Of a stretch of DNA of 64,000 nucleotides, positions 11,290-24,287 are shown one piece after another. The notes under the pieces were generated by a model, which worked only from the letters and a program-made list of their open reading frames with translations, did not search any database and had not been told where the DNA came from. The position numbers and the translations under genes are program-made. Numbering within the stretch: the stretch's first letter is position 1; each line of letters opens with the position of its first letter. Source of the DNA: Camelus ferus (taxonomy: Eukaryota); NCBI RefSeq assembly GCF_009834535.1, contig NC_045698.1:5582001-5646000 (forward strand), written 5' to 3'.

Positions 11290-14230
11290 GCTTCACTTTG
11301 GGTTGATTTCTGGCGATGCTGTGAGAGAAGAGTGAACGTCAGTTTTCTCCATATGAATATCTCACGATGGTTTGAGGACCATTTGTTGAGAAGACTGTCC
11401 TTTTCCAATTAAGTACCTTGCTACCTGTGTTGAAATCTCTTGAACCCGTGTGCGTTATAATATTTCTGGACCCTGTAGCCTGCTCCATTAATCTGTGTAC
11501 CTGTCTTTATGCCAGTATTACAGTCATGACTGTTTAGCTTTACCACAAGTTTTGAAAACAGGTAATTTAAATCTTCCAATTTGTTACCCTTTTTCTAAGT
11601 TGCGTGGGCAGATTTAAGTCTTCTCCATGTAAATTTTGACTTGGGTTGTTTGTTTCCTTGTAAATTGCATTTCCATGTAAATTTTAGGTCTAGATGGTCT
11701 GCTTCTACAGCAACCTACTGGGATTTTGATTAGAATCATATTGAATGTATAGATTGATTCAAGGAGAATTGGTATCCTTGCGATGTGCAATCTTCCAACC
11801 CATTAATGTAATATACCTATTTATTGTTATAGGTCTTTTGAAACTTCTCTCATTAGTTTTAGTTTTTATATACAAGCCTTGACTATTTTTGTTGATTTTG
11901 TTCTCAAGTACGTCCTGATGTTTTTTTCTGCCATTGTAAATGGTGCTGCTTTAACTTCATTTTCCACTTGAAAGGTGTTTACATATAGAAATATGATTAA
12001 AAATGCTCAGCATTTTAATCATAGTTTTTAAATTCATTGTCGATAATTCCAACATTCTTGCTATATCCTGGTCTGATTTGGATGCTGGCTCTGCCTCTTC
12101 AAATCATATTTTATGCCTTTTAGTATGCTTTGCAATTTTTTTTGTGTGTAAGGGCAGACATCACGTGCTGGGCAAAAGGAACGGTGATAGACAGGTCTTC
12201 AGTGATGCAGTGGTAAGGTAAGTGGGGGCAGAAACACGCCACAGTCCTCCTGCAGGTCTCAGGTTTTTAGTGAGCCTGTGCCCAGTGCTCTGAACTTTAC
12301 ACGTTCTTCCCAGTTTTGGTTTTCATTTTTTCATGCCTGCAGGTGGTACAAGATGGCTGGATGGGGCTGGAGATGGGCACTTCCCTTACTCTAGGTTGAC
12401 TGGGCTCTGATGAAACTGTTTCTCTTGAGGACGGGCCTTGTTAAGTAGAACACATGCTCTGGTGTAATCTAAAACTGGCTCCTGTCCCCTCCCCCGGCCA
12501 GCAGCCCAGGGGATTTTTCTCTGATCTTCATTGTGGGAACCCGATTGAGCTGCTGGAGGTCAAACTCTTGCCTGAGGGTCCCAGGTTTCTGCTCATGGAC
12601 TCCTGTGCGTCTCTGCGTTTGCCTGTGTGTCTGTGCTTTGGGGGTCCATGGTCTGTCCTGTGACCTCACTTCTCTGACAGATCTAAGAAGAGTTGTTGGT
12701 TTTCAGTTTGTTGAGCTTTTCACTTTGTGAGCGTGGAGTGAGGACGTTCAGGCTCTTTACGTGCTCGACTGGGTTTCATTGACTCTTTTTTTTTTTTTTT
12801 TACTATTTGTTTTCTATTTTTGTTGTTTCTGCTTTCATATTTATTTTTCCCTTCCTTCTACTTACTTTGCACTTAAATTGCTCTTCTTTTTCTAGACTCT
12901 AAAAGTGGAAGCTTTGGTCACTGACTTGAGCGTTTTATCTTCCCTAACATAAGCATGTGAAGCTACAGTTTTCTTATAAGAGCTGCTTTAGCTGCATCTC
13001 GTACATTTAATTTGTACTTTGAAATTTACCATGTAATAAATTATTTCTAATGTTTCTTGTGGTTTCTTCTTTGACCCATGCATTATTTGGAATTGTATTG
13101 TTTAATTTCCAAATATTTGGGGAGGATTTTCAAATAGTTTTATTGATTTATAATTTAATTCTGTTGTGGTCAGAGATCATACACTATACAATTTCAATCC
13201 TTTAAATTTCTTGAAAGGTGTGTTGTGGTTATTTTTCTGTATTTTTATCTTGGTGAATGGTAATTGTTCACTTGAAAAGAATGTATATTCTTCTATTTTA
13301 GGGTGAAGTGAAAATAACTGAAAATTAGGCCAAGTTGGTTGATAGTATTATTCTATTATTCAAAATTTTCTATTTTCTTGGTTTTTTTTTTCTGTCTAAC
13401 GTACCATGGTGGTTGAGATGTGCTGGTAAAATCTCCCACTGTGATTGTAGACTTGCTTTTTATCCTTTTATTTGTGTAATTTTCCCTTCATGTAAATGGA
13501 GGTTTTATAATATGTATATTCACATCCAGAAGAACTTTTAAGTCTTCTTGATTTGTTCACTCACCATCATTTAATGCTCCTCTTTTATCTTTGTCTTGCA
13601 AACTACCTTACCCAATCTTAATATATCTTTTGAAGCTTGTTATAATTAGTACTCACAGTGGTATATCTTTTTTCCATACTTTCACTGTGTTTTTATATTT
13701 ATATATGTCTCGATGCTCAGTATATAGTTTTAGTGTCCTGCTTTTAAAAATAGCCTGACTTATTGTATCTGTTTTGAATTAGACTGTTTAGATACGTCTT
13801 CCTTTTTAAAGATAATTTAGACTGTTTATATAATTTTAATTTAATGTAATTTCTGCTATTTTGAGGTTTAACCTCTTTCTTGCCATTTATTTACTGTTTA
13901 TGCCATCTGCGTATTGTTCCTTTTTCCTTCTTGTCTTTATGGGGATCAAGTGGTTAACTTTTGATGTTCTGTTTTATCTCCACTTTTGGCTTATTAGCTT
14001 TAACTCTCTTATTTTCTCTCTCTCTCTTCCCCCTGCCCTGGTGGCTATTCTTGGGTTTTAATATATAATTTTGACCTTTCATAGCATTACATAATTGTGT
14101 TACAGTGACTTAGTGGAGTGCAAGAACCTTGCAAAAGATACTTCCCTGTTCCCTTTCTGTCCTCTGTGCTAGTTTGTCCTACATACGTCAGGAACTCCAT
14201 CACACATTGTTGTTATTTTTCCCCTAAATC
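11290..14230 (-). mobile_element. Cluster of old L1M fragments (ORF2 pieces; 5'-region-like piece at about 12005-12775); resumes at about 14770-14990
   Basis: T-rich with antisense L1 motifs, e.g. CATTTGTTGAGAAGACTGTCCTTTTCC, GGGATTTTGATTAGAATCATATTGAAT, CACTTGAAAAGAATGTATATTC. Confidence 0.8.
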
Positions 14231-14239
14231 AAATTTTCT

Positions 14240-14742
14240 CAAATTTTGACCCAAGAACCCTTGAAATCCCTAAAATTCTTTTGGGTTGTTCTTGAAGTTC
14301 AAACTGTTTCCAGAATAATCCTAAAACCTAAAATCCTAAAACCATTTTACTCTCGTCCTCTCAGGAGGAGATTTTGCATTTTCAGAGGCTATGTATGTTA
14401 TTGTAACAGACTGAATACACAAAAGATACAAGAGTCTAGCTGTCTTCTCTTAATTCAGACATTAAAGAAATTTGCAAAAATATAAAACAGTTCCACTCTA
14501 CGTTTTAATGTTTTTTAAAACACAGTTTTATATCTTTAAAAAGATTTTTTAAACATGTATGGGATTCTTGTTATTTTCAAGTATATATATGGATATATAT
14601 ATATATATATTTCTCAATGTTAGTTTCTAATATGTTAAATATATTGGTAGGTATAATACACAAAAGCAAAAGCTCTTTGGTGTCCCCCATTTTTTTTTTA
14701 ATGTAAAGGGGTCTTGAGACCAAAAAGTTTGAGAACCAATTC
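14240..14742. mobile_element. hAT-Charlie-type DNA transposon relic inside the old L1
   Basis: Ends GAGACCAAAAAGTTTGAGAACCA, matching the Charlie-type TIR (CAGTGGTTCTCAAAC); contains (TA)n at about 14582-14610. Confidence 0.7.
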
Positions 14743-16363
14743 TTTAAACTTTAAAGTAAATGTTTAAAAGTCTGTCATGTTTCATTACATAACCATTACT
14801 TCCAGCTTTGCCTTCCTTCATGTACATATAAGTTTCTGTGCAGTGTCATTTTCCTTTAACCTGAAGAAATTCCTTTAACTTTTTTTCATATAGTTTCCTG
14901 CAATGGATTGTCTTTGTGTTTGCCTAAAAATGTCTTTATTTTACTTTCATCTTTAAAAAGCTGTATGTGGAATGCTAGGTTGATAATTGTTCTTGGACAT
15001 AAATTGGTGGTGGACACTGTAATGCTTCCCTATTCTTCATCCAGAAGGACTAATTACCCCAGCTTTCTGGGGATGGATATTTAAAAAGGTCAAAGTCAGC
15101 AGCATATTAAGAAAATAAAGCAGTTGGAATGAGGAATGAAAAATAGCATTTCACCCTTCTTTAATTTAATGTGATAAACTTGCCCTTTTTACCAATTCAT
15201 GTTCCATCTGCAGAAACTGAATATTTCAAGTTGAGTTCTCCTATAAAGTTTATATTTTTGCCCTGACCTCAAATCTTTAAAACCTCTGTTTTCAGTAACC
15301 TAAGCCATCAACACCTGACTAATGGAATTTTTAGTTAAATTTTAAGTCCTAACTCATGTTAATGGTATTGTATGTTTTTGAGAAAAATATAAAGAAGCAA
15401 TTGAGTGACCTTTTACATTTCTCCCCCCTGGTTTTTATGTTGCTAATAGTAACATCAAGAAGCCTTACTAGAAAATTACAGTTCTTTATAGAATGTCATG
15501 TAGTGATGATGTATTTTACTTGGTGTTCGAACATAGGTGTTTTATTAACAATTTTAAAAGGGACCAGTCTTTTTCCCTTTGAAACTGACAGCCCATTTCA
15601 ATAACAAATGCAAAGCCCAGAACTTACAGAAGAAAAAACACAAATTCAGTCATTTGAAGAGAACACATGAGACCCATCCAATGACCCCAAACATCAAACA
15701 AAATTGTGACATATGTTTATAAAATGTCATTGAAAAATAAAGTCGTGTTTACCAGAAAGTGTGCACTGTTGAAGACTCTCTTCTTCGGAGGAAGCAGTGC
15801 CTTGAAGGAGAAGTGGAAAACCACCGTGAAGACAAAAATCGATTTCAGCGGATTTCCGTTCTCTCTCAGCTCTGTGCCCATGATTTGATAACTGTCCTAG
15901 TGACACCGGTGTTCTCAGGAGGGCTGCAGCATGGACTAATGCAGGTTCTACTCTCTGTACCCTGCTGTCTTCGCAGACGTGATCTGCTGAGAGTACACGC
16001 ATGCACGAGCCTGCAGGGATCTCACCACCCAGGCACCTGCATCTTCTCAGACCCCCGCCAGCACCCCAGGCTTTCTCCCTGCCCTTATCCAAACTCTGCT
16101 CGGTTTTCAGTGCCCAGCCTAAGGAGCTCAGCCTCCATGAAGCCATCCCATAGACTCAGATGGACTCAGTGCTCTTTTCTCTATGGTGCAGCACAAGGTC
16201 ACTTTGACCTCAGTGCAGCCTGGGTTGGTTGCTGACTTGTCTATGCTCCTCCTGAGCTGTGCGAATGGGGTGCTTTCAGGCACCACTAGCACATGGGGCA
16301 GGGAGAACATGGGTTTTGCTGGGGGAATTTAGGAGCCAAAACATAGCAGAACACACGAATGCC

Positions 16364-16724
16364 TTTCTCAGTCTGTTGGGCTCCTACAGCAAAAACACCA
16401 TTGACTGGGTCAATTATAAACAACAGCAATTTATCTCTCACAGTGCTAGGGCCTGGGGAGCCCAAGGTCAAGGTGCTGGCCGACTCAGTGTCTGGTGAGA
16501 GCCCCCCTCCTGGTTCACAGGTGGCCGACTTCTTGCCGTGTCCTCACGTGGCGAGGGATCTCTCTGGGGCCTCTTTTAGCAGGGCACTAACCCCATTCAC
16601 ACGTGCTCCATCCTCATGACCTAATCACCTCCCAGAATCGCCAGCTCCAAGCACCATCATATTAACCAGAGCGGTTAGCATTTCTACATGTGAATTTTGG
16701 GGAAAAGCAAACACTGTCTATAGG
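16364..16724 (-). mobile_element. MaLR LTR (MLT1A-like)
   Basis: AAACAACAGCAATTTATCTCTCACAGT...CCAAGGTCAAGGTGCTGGC...CCTCATGACCTAATCACCTCCCA. Confidence 0.9.
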
Positions 16725-17339
16725 AACCCCTAAAATCTCACTATTCCACCCCTTAGTCTCCACACTCCAGAGCCAACCTGCCGGTGTACAGCATCCCTGC
16801 TCCTCTGATGCTCTACGTATTTATGGGGTCAGGAAGCAGGGAACACCTGTGTGACTGTCACCGATGGGTGCTCCCTGGTTTGACAGGTGGTCTTGCTGGG
16901 AAGGACGAACAGCAGCAGGCATCAGCTGACTCTTCCAAGCGTCCCTCTGCTACGCTAGAGCAGAGGACGCTGCTTTTAGGGCCACTCGGTTTTGTCGGTC
17001 AGCAGGAAACTGTAAGGAAGGGCCGTGTCTTGTTGATTTTGCTATCCTGAGTTCTAGCACATAGATGGTTGGATAAGCTTCAGACCTAAAATGTGATTAA
17101 CATATGGCTGATGTGGACAGAAGAACTGCATACTCAAATCAGGGCATGTCTGGAAGTCTGTAACAAATGTGGGGCACTCAGCCTTCATTAGAATATTCCA
17201 CGGACATTCCTTTTGGGTTTGTACCAGATATCAGTGATTGAATAACAATCCAACAGGTGTGTCTCAGCCTACCACTGAAGGGTTGAAACTCCACCACCAG
17301 CCATCTCTTTGTGCTTCAGCCATGGGGTCCTGCCAATAT

Positions 17340-17796
17340 TGTTACTGAGTTCAAGCTCGTACTGCTCACCACATGACAGGCCAATAAATTGAGAGACGAG
17401 TTGCTGGGGCATGGAATAGCGACTTTATTCTGAAAGCCAGCAGACCAAGAAGATGGTGGACTAGAGTCCCAAAGAAACACCTTGCCTAAATTAGAATTTA
17501 ACTTCTTTTATACTAAAAGAGGAGGAAGTAAGTCAAACATTTCCTGTTGCTGTTCAGCCTCCAGTGAGGATGTGTTAATTTCAGTCATTCATGGGTGGGC
17601 CTGGTCAGGATGTTTCCTATGAGCGAAGCAAAGGTATTTTAGCTTAATGCTCATTACCTGGGAGGCAGGGTTCCCAGAGATGGGCCATTATGTATAACTG
17701 AAGCTTTAGTACTTAACTTGCAGCAAAAGCAATAGAATACAAGGATTAGGTAAAAGGAACAGACCCAGCATGGGGTCCGATTTGTTCTTCCCTACT
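17340..17796 (-). mobile_element. ERV1-like solo LTR
   Basis: Minus strand ends ...AACTCAGTAACA; minus-strand AATAAA (TTTATT at about 17424) and TATAAAA (about 17506); TSD not evident. Confidence 0.8.
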
Positions 17797-19099
17797 GCGG
17801 CATCTCCTCTGGTGCTCACCTGACCGCTCTGCTTGCCCACTCTTGCTTCAAACGCCATTTTTTGACTCTTATTTTTGTTGTTGTTTCTGAATGCATTCCC
17901 AAGAATATCAGAAAAGAGTTTCTCTATCTGTTTTACCATATAATCCTTCAATGCAGCTACACTTTTAAGACTCATAAAAAAGAAAGCTCCACTTCCAGTT
18001 GTCAGACGAGTTATAGGCCCTGCTCCAAGTCTGGCAGGAAACACTATGTTAGCGTTTGCAGCACAAGAAGAGGAACACAAGTAGGATGTGTTTGCTGTCG
18101 TCACTGCTGTTACTCAGTCGTGCAGCTGAGGAATGACTGGGGGTTCATTGCCCTACTTTATAATCCATGAACTAGAAGGCAAATATATAACAAATTGTGT
18201 TAAAGAAGAAAGTGGTACCAGGTAGAGCTTTGTTTGAAAGATTTGTCTAGAGAGAGAATGCTGTGATTTCAAATTCCAATCAGTGCAGGATGACCAGAGC
18301 CAGAAGACACCCTTAGGAGAATTTGGTTTTCCCATCCCTGAAGAGTGGACATTGCTTCCCAGTTCCTGATGTTCAGCAGTTTAGATTTCTACCATTTCAG
18401 GAACTGAGTGAGAATAATTCCTCAATTTTTCTGTCTTTGTTTACCTATTTCTTTGATGCTAGATTATTTTATACTTCTGGACTTCAGAGCCTCACATGGC
18501 TCTCCCTCCTTTGATAATCCTCCTTATTAGAAATGCATCTTCATTAGCAAGCAGCTGTGCCAAACAATTTTGCTGTTTTAATTTTTCATGTAATATTATG
18601 CATAAGAGCTCAGTTGAATGCCATTCACCTAGTTCATTGCCGTAAGGATTAGATAACACATCTCAAGCGTAGGATGCTAAACCTAAGAAAATCTAATCCC
18701 ATAGGGGAAAATTGACCCTTATATTTCCGTGGACCTTCTCTATAAATTCTCTCCTTCAAGTGTAACTCACTGATTACTAAATTGTAAAATTAGCTCTCAC
18801 TGCGCCTTTGATGTCACTTCAAAGCCATTTTTCCGAAAGAACTCAATATTGTCAGTTCACAACCTCAGAATCAGAAAACTTGGGAACACATTGAAATCTG
18901 CAAGTCACTTTGTCCAAGTCCCAGAAATTGCTGAGTAATAAAGATGTTTTGTAGTTGCCACACATCAGAAAAGAACACATGTCTTTTTCATAAGTAACAC
19001 ATATTAGTTCTATCAGAATTATCCTCATCGTCACATATTGTCCTAATTCACTCCTGATGGGGCACAAAATATTTTAAGGTTTCAGGTCTTGGTTTATAG

Positions 19100-19495
19100 A
19101 GAATCAGTCAGAATAAACAATGTTTTGCTGCAGTAACAAGTAATCCCCAAATCTCAGCGACTAAAGACGGCAAAGTTCTATTTCTCATTCGCACCACTTG
19201 TCCAATGTGGGTTGACAGGGACACTTTGCCTTTGTAGTTATTTGAGTTTCTGGTGGACAAAAGTTTCATCTCAGTGCTGTGCAGTTACCACAGGAGATAA
19301 AAGGGAATATGGCAAATCTTGCTTTGGATCCCAAAGCTTCCAACCTGTAGGAATGCATTTAACTTCCACTCACTTGTCAATGGCCAAAGCAACTTACCTG
19401 CTACCCTCACTTCTCAAAGAGGAGAGAAGCCGAGCCTTGCCATGTTCTGGGGAGAAGAAGTCACGATGCATATGTGTATATATACTCCATCCTCC
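19100..19495 (-). mobile_element. Old MaLR LTR (MLT1J-like)
   Basis: TGCTGCAGTAACAAGTAATCCCCAAATCTCAG; ACTTCCACTCACTTGTCAATGGCCAAAGCAA. Confidence 0.7.
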
Positions 19496-19589
19496 TGTAA
19501 GTGGAATTCCCCTGTCTTGTTTTTTTCTGCTGATAATGCCTATTTTATTTTTGAGGGAGTTATTAAGTTTATTATTTGTTAAATTAAAA

Positions 19590-20224
19590 TGACCCAGGAA
19601 TCCCACTCCTGGGCTTGTATCCAGAAGGAAATCTACTTCAGGATGACACCTGCACCCCAATGTTCATAGCATCACTATTTACAATAGCCAAAACATGGAA
19701 ACAGCCTAAATGTCCATCAACAGGTGACTGGATAAAGAGGATGTGGTATATTTATACAATGGAATACTACTCAGCCATAAAAACCGACAACATAATGCCA
19801 TTTGCAGCAACATGGATGCTCCTGGAGAATGTCATTCTAAGTGAAGTAAGCCAGAAAGAGAAAGAAAAATACCATATGAGATCGCTCATATGTGGAATCT
19901 AAAAAACAAAAACAAAAAAACAAACAAAAACAAAGCGTAAATACAGGACAGAAATAGACTCACAGACAGAATACAGACTTGTGGTTACCAGAGGGGTGTA
20001 GGGTGGTAAGGGATAGACTGGGATTTCAAAATTGTAGAATAGATAAACAAGATTACACTGTATAGCACAGGGAAATATACACAAAATGTTATGATAACTC
20101 ACAGAGAAAAAAATGTGACAATGAGTGTGTATATGTCCATGAATGACTGAAAAATTGTGCTGAACACTGGAATTTGACACAACATTGTAAAATGATTATA
20201 AATCAATAAAAAATGTTAAAAAAA
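19590..20224 (+). mobile_element. Young 5'-truncated L1 (same subfamily as 4550-5217)
   Basis: ORF 19615-19902 is the ORF2p C-terminus ([23 protein letters not shown]); 3'UTR nearly identical to the reverse complement of 4570-4860; AATAAA plus A-tail. Confidence 0.95.
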
Positions 20225-20297
20225 TGGAGGTACTGGGGATTGAACCCAGACATTGTGCATGCTAAGCATGTGTTCTACCACTGAGCTATACCCTCCC
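20225..20297 (-). mobile_element. tRNA-derived SINE (camelid Vic-1-like) head; tail displaced to about 19543-19588 by the L1
   Basis: Reverse complement reads GGGAGGGTATAGCTCAGTGGTAGAACACATGCTTAGCATGCAC...GGGTTCAATCCCCAGTACCTCCA with pol III A and B boxes. Confidence 0.9.
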
Positions 20298-20399
20298 ACC
20301 TCTTGCCTTATTTTAAAAAATCAGTTTGGGGACTAATTTCAAAGGAGAAGAAAATCTTTTGGAACAATTGCTTGCCATTCGGTAACTACCTCACATTAG

Positions 20400-20530
20400 G
20401 TCAGGGATTCATAATTCTGGTGGGGCTCTGTGGTAACCTGGGAAGCTTTAAAAAAATATTCCAGTGTCCAGGGCCAGACAAACAAGGAGATGGAAATCTT
20501 CAGGGGTGAGACCCAGGCATGGGAACACTT
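20400..20530. mobile_element. MER5-like hAT relic
   Basis: ACCTGGGAAGCTTTAAAAAAAT...AATCTTCAGGGGTGAGACCCAGGCAT resembles MER5A. Confidence 0.5.
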
Positions 20531-21949
20531 TATCCCAGTATGGATTTTCTGTTTAAGGTAAAGAACACAGATTCTCCGTGGTATCTACACAGGGACCAAA
20601 GTACAAAAGCAACAGGTCACTTTAATTGTCACAGGCAAGAGGGAGGGTGATCTCCATAGTAACCAAGCCGCGAGCTCTGTGGCTTCAAGGGCAGTTCAGT
20701 TGAGGGCTTCTTGCTTATATGCATTTCTGCCCCAAATAAAATGCTAGCTATCTTCCTCAATTGGTTAACAAGAAAGCTGTACTTCTGAAAAGACTATTTT
20801 CCTAGAATGTTATTTAGACTCTTGCAAAAAAACAAAAAACAAAAAAATCTGAAACCAATTAGACAAAGGAGGGTCATCTTGCAGAAAGCCCCTCAGTGGG
20901 TCCTTGGCTCCCAGGGACCACATTTGAAACAAATGTTCCAAAATGAAAACAGAAAATTTCAAGATTTTTCAAACTGATCAAATGCTATGGTTGTGTCTTC
21001 TCAGCAGACATAGGCATATTTAAAAAAAATGCAGGGCAGAGCTGCTGTCTGGTCTTGACAGAAGAAGCAGGCTTGCCGACCTCAATTATCGTCTGGCCAT
21101 GTCCATACCTCTAACAGGTGAGTGGGTGCCCAGGCCCAGCCAGAAGCAGGCATGTTGGCATTTGTTTGCACATCGATCGAGAGACAAGGTCAATCATGAG
21201 GAACAGCCGTCTCTAGAAACTCCAGGGAGTGACAACGTCACTGGAATGGGGATCTGTGGCGGCAGCAGAGAAGGGAGCGGGGCAGAGGCTGCCAGGGAAG
21301 CTGCAGGAGAGCGGGGTCAGCAGCCCAGGGGTGAACTTCACGCTCAGGTGGGTGCTTCCTGAGCCTGACAGCGAGCTGGGGAGTCCTCGTGACACCTCAC
21401 CCAGACCCAGCCTCTGTCACTTTGGGCACTTTCCTCTCGTGCCAATCCTACTCAGCTGTTACGCTCTCCTAAGTCTCTTCCTTCTAAACCTCCCTCCCAG
21501 CGACCTCTGATGCCCGTTGCTATGGGATGTTCTCTTTGACATCGATTGGTAAATCAGTAATGCCGCTTCTCTGATCAGAAACCTGCGCTGGCTCCCTTCT
21601 GCCTGTTACAAGAAAAAGCACCTCTTCCTTCTCCCAGGCCGAGCCAGAGGATAGGCTGCTCCCTTAGGAAGATGTCGGTTAGCCTGGCACTTGGATCTGG
21701 AAACTTCATCCAGGTTTCCTGCAGATGGGGTGGGGCCACGGCTCGTAAATGGCTCTGTGTTATCCTGCTCTTTACTTCTGCTCAGACTGAAGAGGATGGT
21801 TGAATAGCATGAGAGAAAGGAAAAAACCTGACTTACTCAGTAATCTGAAAAAAGAATCCACTGCTATAAACACAGCCCGAAAGATAGTAGAAGAAGTCAG
21901 AAAATAATTTCTTCTTAGATTCTACTAGCTTTGAGGATTGTTTTGACAG

Positions 21950-22009
21950 GTGTGAGTGTGTGTTTGTGTGTTTGTGTGAAAGAGAGAGAGAGAGAGAGAG
22001 GGAGAGAGA
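21950..22009. repeat. Compound (TG)n-(AG)n microsatellite
   Basis: Read directly from the sequence. Confidence 0.9.
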
Positions 22010-22285
22010 ATCTAATTCATCACTCACCGTCTGAGTGCTCAGGAATAAACAAGGACACAGTCGGATGGGGGCAGAGATGAGGGACTATGACCCCTGACAG
22101 GGCTGGACGGGATTGTACCTGGCTGCCCTGGGCTCTGTCCCTGAAGTTGGAGCAAAAAAACCCTTCCTGGAACATTCTTGACTCCTGGGATGCTAAAGGC
22201 CATTCTAGAGTCAGACTTGGACATGCTCTTCTGGGAGAGGGGATGGATTACAGGGCAAATCCACCCAAATCGAGACAAATATCTT

Positions 22286-22337
22286 AGGTCCTAGGTTCAA
22301 TCCCCAGTACCTTCAATAAAAACAAAACAAAACAAAT
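22286..22337 (+). mobile_element. 5'-truncated Vic-1-like SINE
   Basis: AGGTCCTAGGTTCAATCCCCAGTACCTTCA plus A-rich tail; imperfect flanking repeat ACAAATA(C)TCT. Confidence 0.8.
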
Positions 22338-23154
22338 ACTCTGCAACCAGACAGAAAGAACTCTTCCAAATTAGATGAAAAGACAAAACTATAGTTAGAA
22401 TAAAAGGGCAAACCACACAAATAGGAAATACTTAAAAGATGAAATTTTAATGGTGCTATTTAAAATTTATCAGATTAGAGAACTTTATAAAAAACATGGG
22501 AGCAGCATTGGCAGGAGACGATGAAATTGGCACCTCCATTTTGTGGACGGGAGTTTAAATGACAGGGACTTCACGTGGGGCTCTTACATCTCTTGTTGTG
22601 TGCCTGTCTTCTCACCCAGAAAAGCTGGCCAGGCGCTCTGAGATATAGAAGAAAAGAGATGTTGTTTATTCTGTAGGGAATTATCCTAGTAAAAAAATCG
22701 GTTGAGTAAATTACTGGATTGGATGTCATCACAGTGAGTGGTAACTCAATCATATCTACCATATCTATCTATCTATCCCTGTCTAGCCAGCCATCCAAGC
22801 ACATCAGGGATGTGGTTAGCCCTCCACCCCATACCCGGAGCTCCTGGTGCCATGGGGGTGTTGTTCTGTGGACTAACGAGGGAGCATCTGGTTGGTCCCT
22901 CTCTACCTGGTGCCTTGGCATGCAAACGCCCAGAGCTGTGGGGCCAGAGCTTTGGGAGCTGCACCCCAAAGAGCTAGCACTAAGTTTCCACCTGGCTGGC
23001 TAGTTGGTAATTCAGAGTCTACACTAAGTGGAGTTACAGAAAATAAAGGTAGGGTTGGCACATAGGAATCTGTGGACTGAGATTCAGAGCGGCTCTCACA
23101 GAGCAGGGGCATCACCTGGATGGTGGGATGTGGCCATTCGGAACATGATGCATC

Positions 23155-24287
23155 TGTAACTGCAGGAGCAGCCCAAGCTGGCCTTATCCTGTTTCTGACC
23201 AGATACTGGGTTGTTTTTAGAGACAATGGAGTGAAACCATAAGTCATGGAACAAAAGCAGGTACAGAGGGAAAAGATTTTGACCTCAAATAACACCTGGA
23301 ACTGAGGTTTCTCCTCCTTCATGGAACCAAAGGACCAGGAAGTGACTGGAACTTGAACACCAGAGCCCTTTCAGAAGTGAGGGGTCCTTTGTCCACGAAG
23401 ATCCGGTGCTGAAGCCCCTTTACTATATGTCACCAGAAGTGGCCAAATTCCAGTATATTCAGAGAAAGCTCTAATTTGAAAACAGACACACACCCCAATG
23501 TTCATAGCAGCACTATTTACAATACCCAAGACATGGAAGCCACCTAAACGTCCATCCACAGATGACTGGATAAAGAAGATGTGGTGTATGTACACAGTGG
23601 AATTCCACCCGGCCATGAAAAGGAATGAAATAACGCCATTTGCAGCAACATGGATGGACCTAGAGATGATCATACTAACTGAAGTAAGTCAGTCAAAGAC
23701 AAATATATGATATCACTTATATGTGGAATCTAAAAAAAATGACACAAATGAACATATTAACAAAACAGGAAGAGACTCACAGACATAGAAAACAAACTTA
23801 CGGTTACTGGGGGTGTAGGGAGAGGGAGGGATAAATCAGAAGTTTGGGGTTGGTAGATAAAACTACTTTGTACAGAACAGATAAACAACAATGTCCTACT
23901 ATATAGCTCAGGGAAATACATTCAATGGCTTGTTACCCTGTAATGAAAAAGAATATGTATATCAATGTATGACCGCATCCCTATGCTGTACACCAGAAAC
24001 GAATACAACATTGTAGATCAACTATACTTCAATTAAAGCAAAAAAGTAGCCAAAATCCAAAGTCCTGTGGTGGAAACCTACCCTACCAGCACATCCGTAT
24101 ACCAACCCTCCTCCCCTAACTCCTGAAAGTTAGACTGAACCTCAGATCAGGGGGAGACGGATCTGAGCCCTCCCTCCTATTTCCTTGCTGGCCAACCTCA
24201 AAATAAAGCATTTTCTTTTTCTGAAAAGCCAATGCCATAGTGTTGGCTTCCGTGTTCCTGGGGCTGTGAGCGCCTGGCTCGGGAACA
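23155..24287 (+). mobile_element. ERV1-like solo LTR split by an L1 insertion
   Basis: Starts TGTAAC, ends GGGAACA; TSD CATC at 23151-23154 and 24288-24291; AATAAA at about 24202. Confidence 0.8.
23453..24043 (+). mobile_element. 5'-truncated L1 (older subfamily than the 19.6-kb copy)
   Basis: ORF 23498-23710 is the ORF2p tail; diverged 16-bp TSD AAGTGGCCAAATTCCA (23437-23452) / AAGTAGCCAAAATCCA (24044-24059). Confidence 0.95.

Noticed and set aside
15706..16235. Overlapping ORFs of 139 and 158 aa on opposite strands
   Set aside because: No domain similarity or convincing splice structure; consistent with chance
17706..18104. 132-aa minus-strand ORF with an internal CAG|GTGAGC donor
   Set aside because: Runs into an LTR; no clear acceptor; no recognisable homology
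19615..19902. ORFs at 4825-5142, 19615-19902, 23498-23710 and 47787-48032 as protein-coding genes
   Set aside because: They are C-terminal remnants of L1 ORF2p in 5'-truncated insertions
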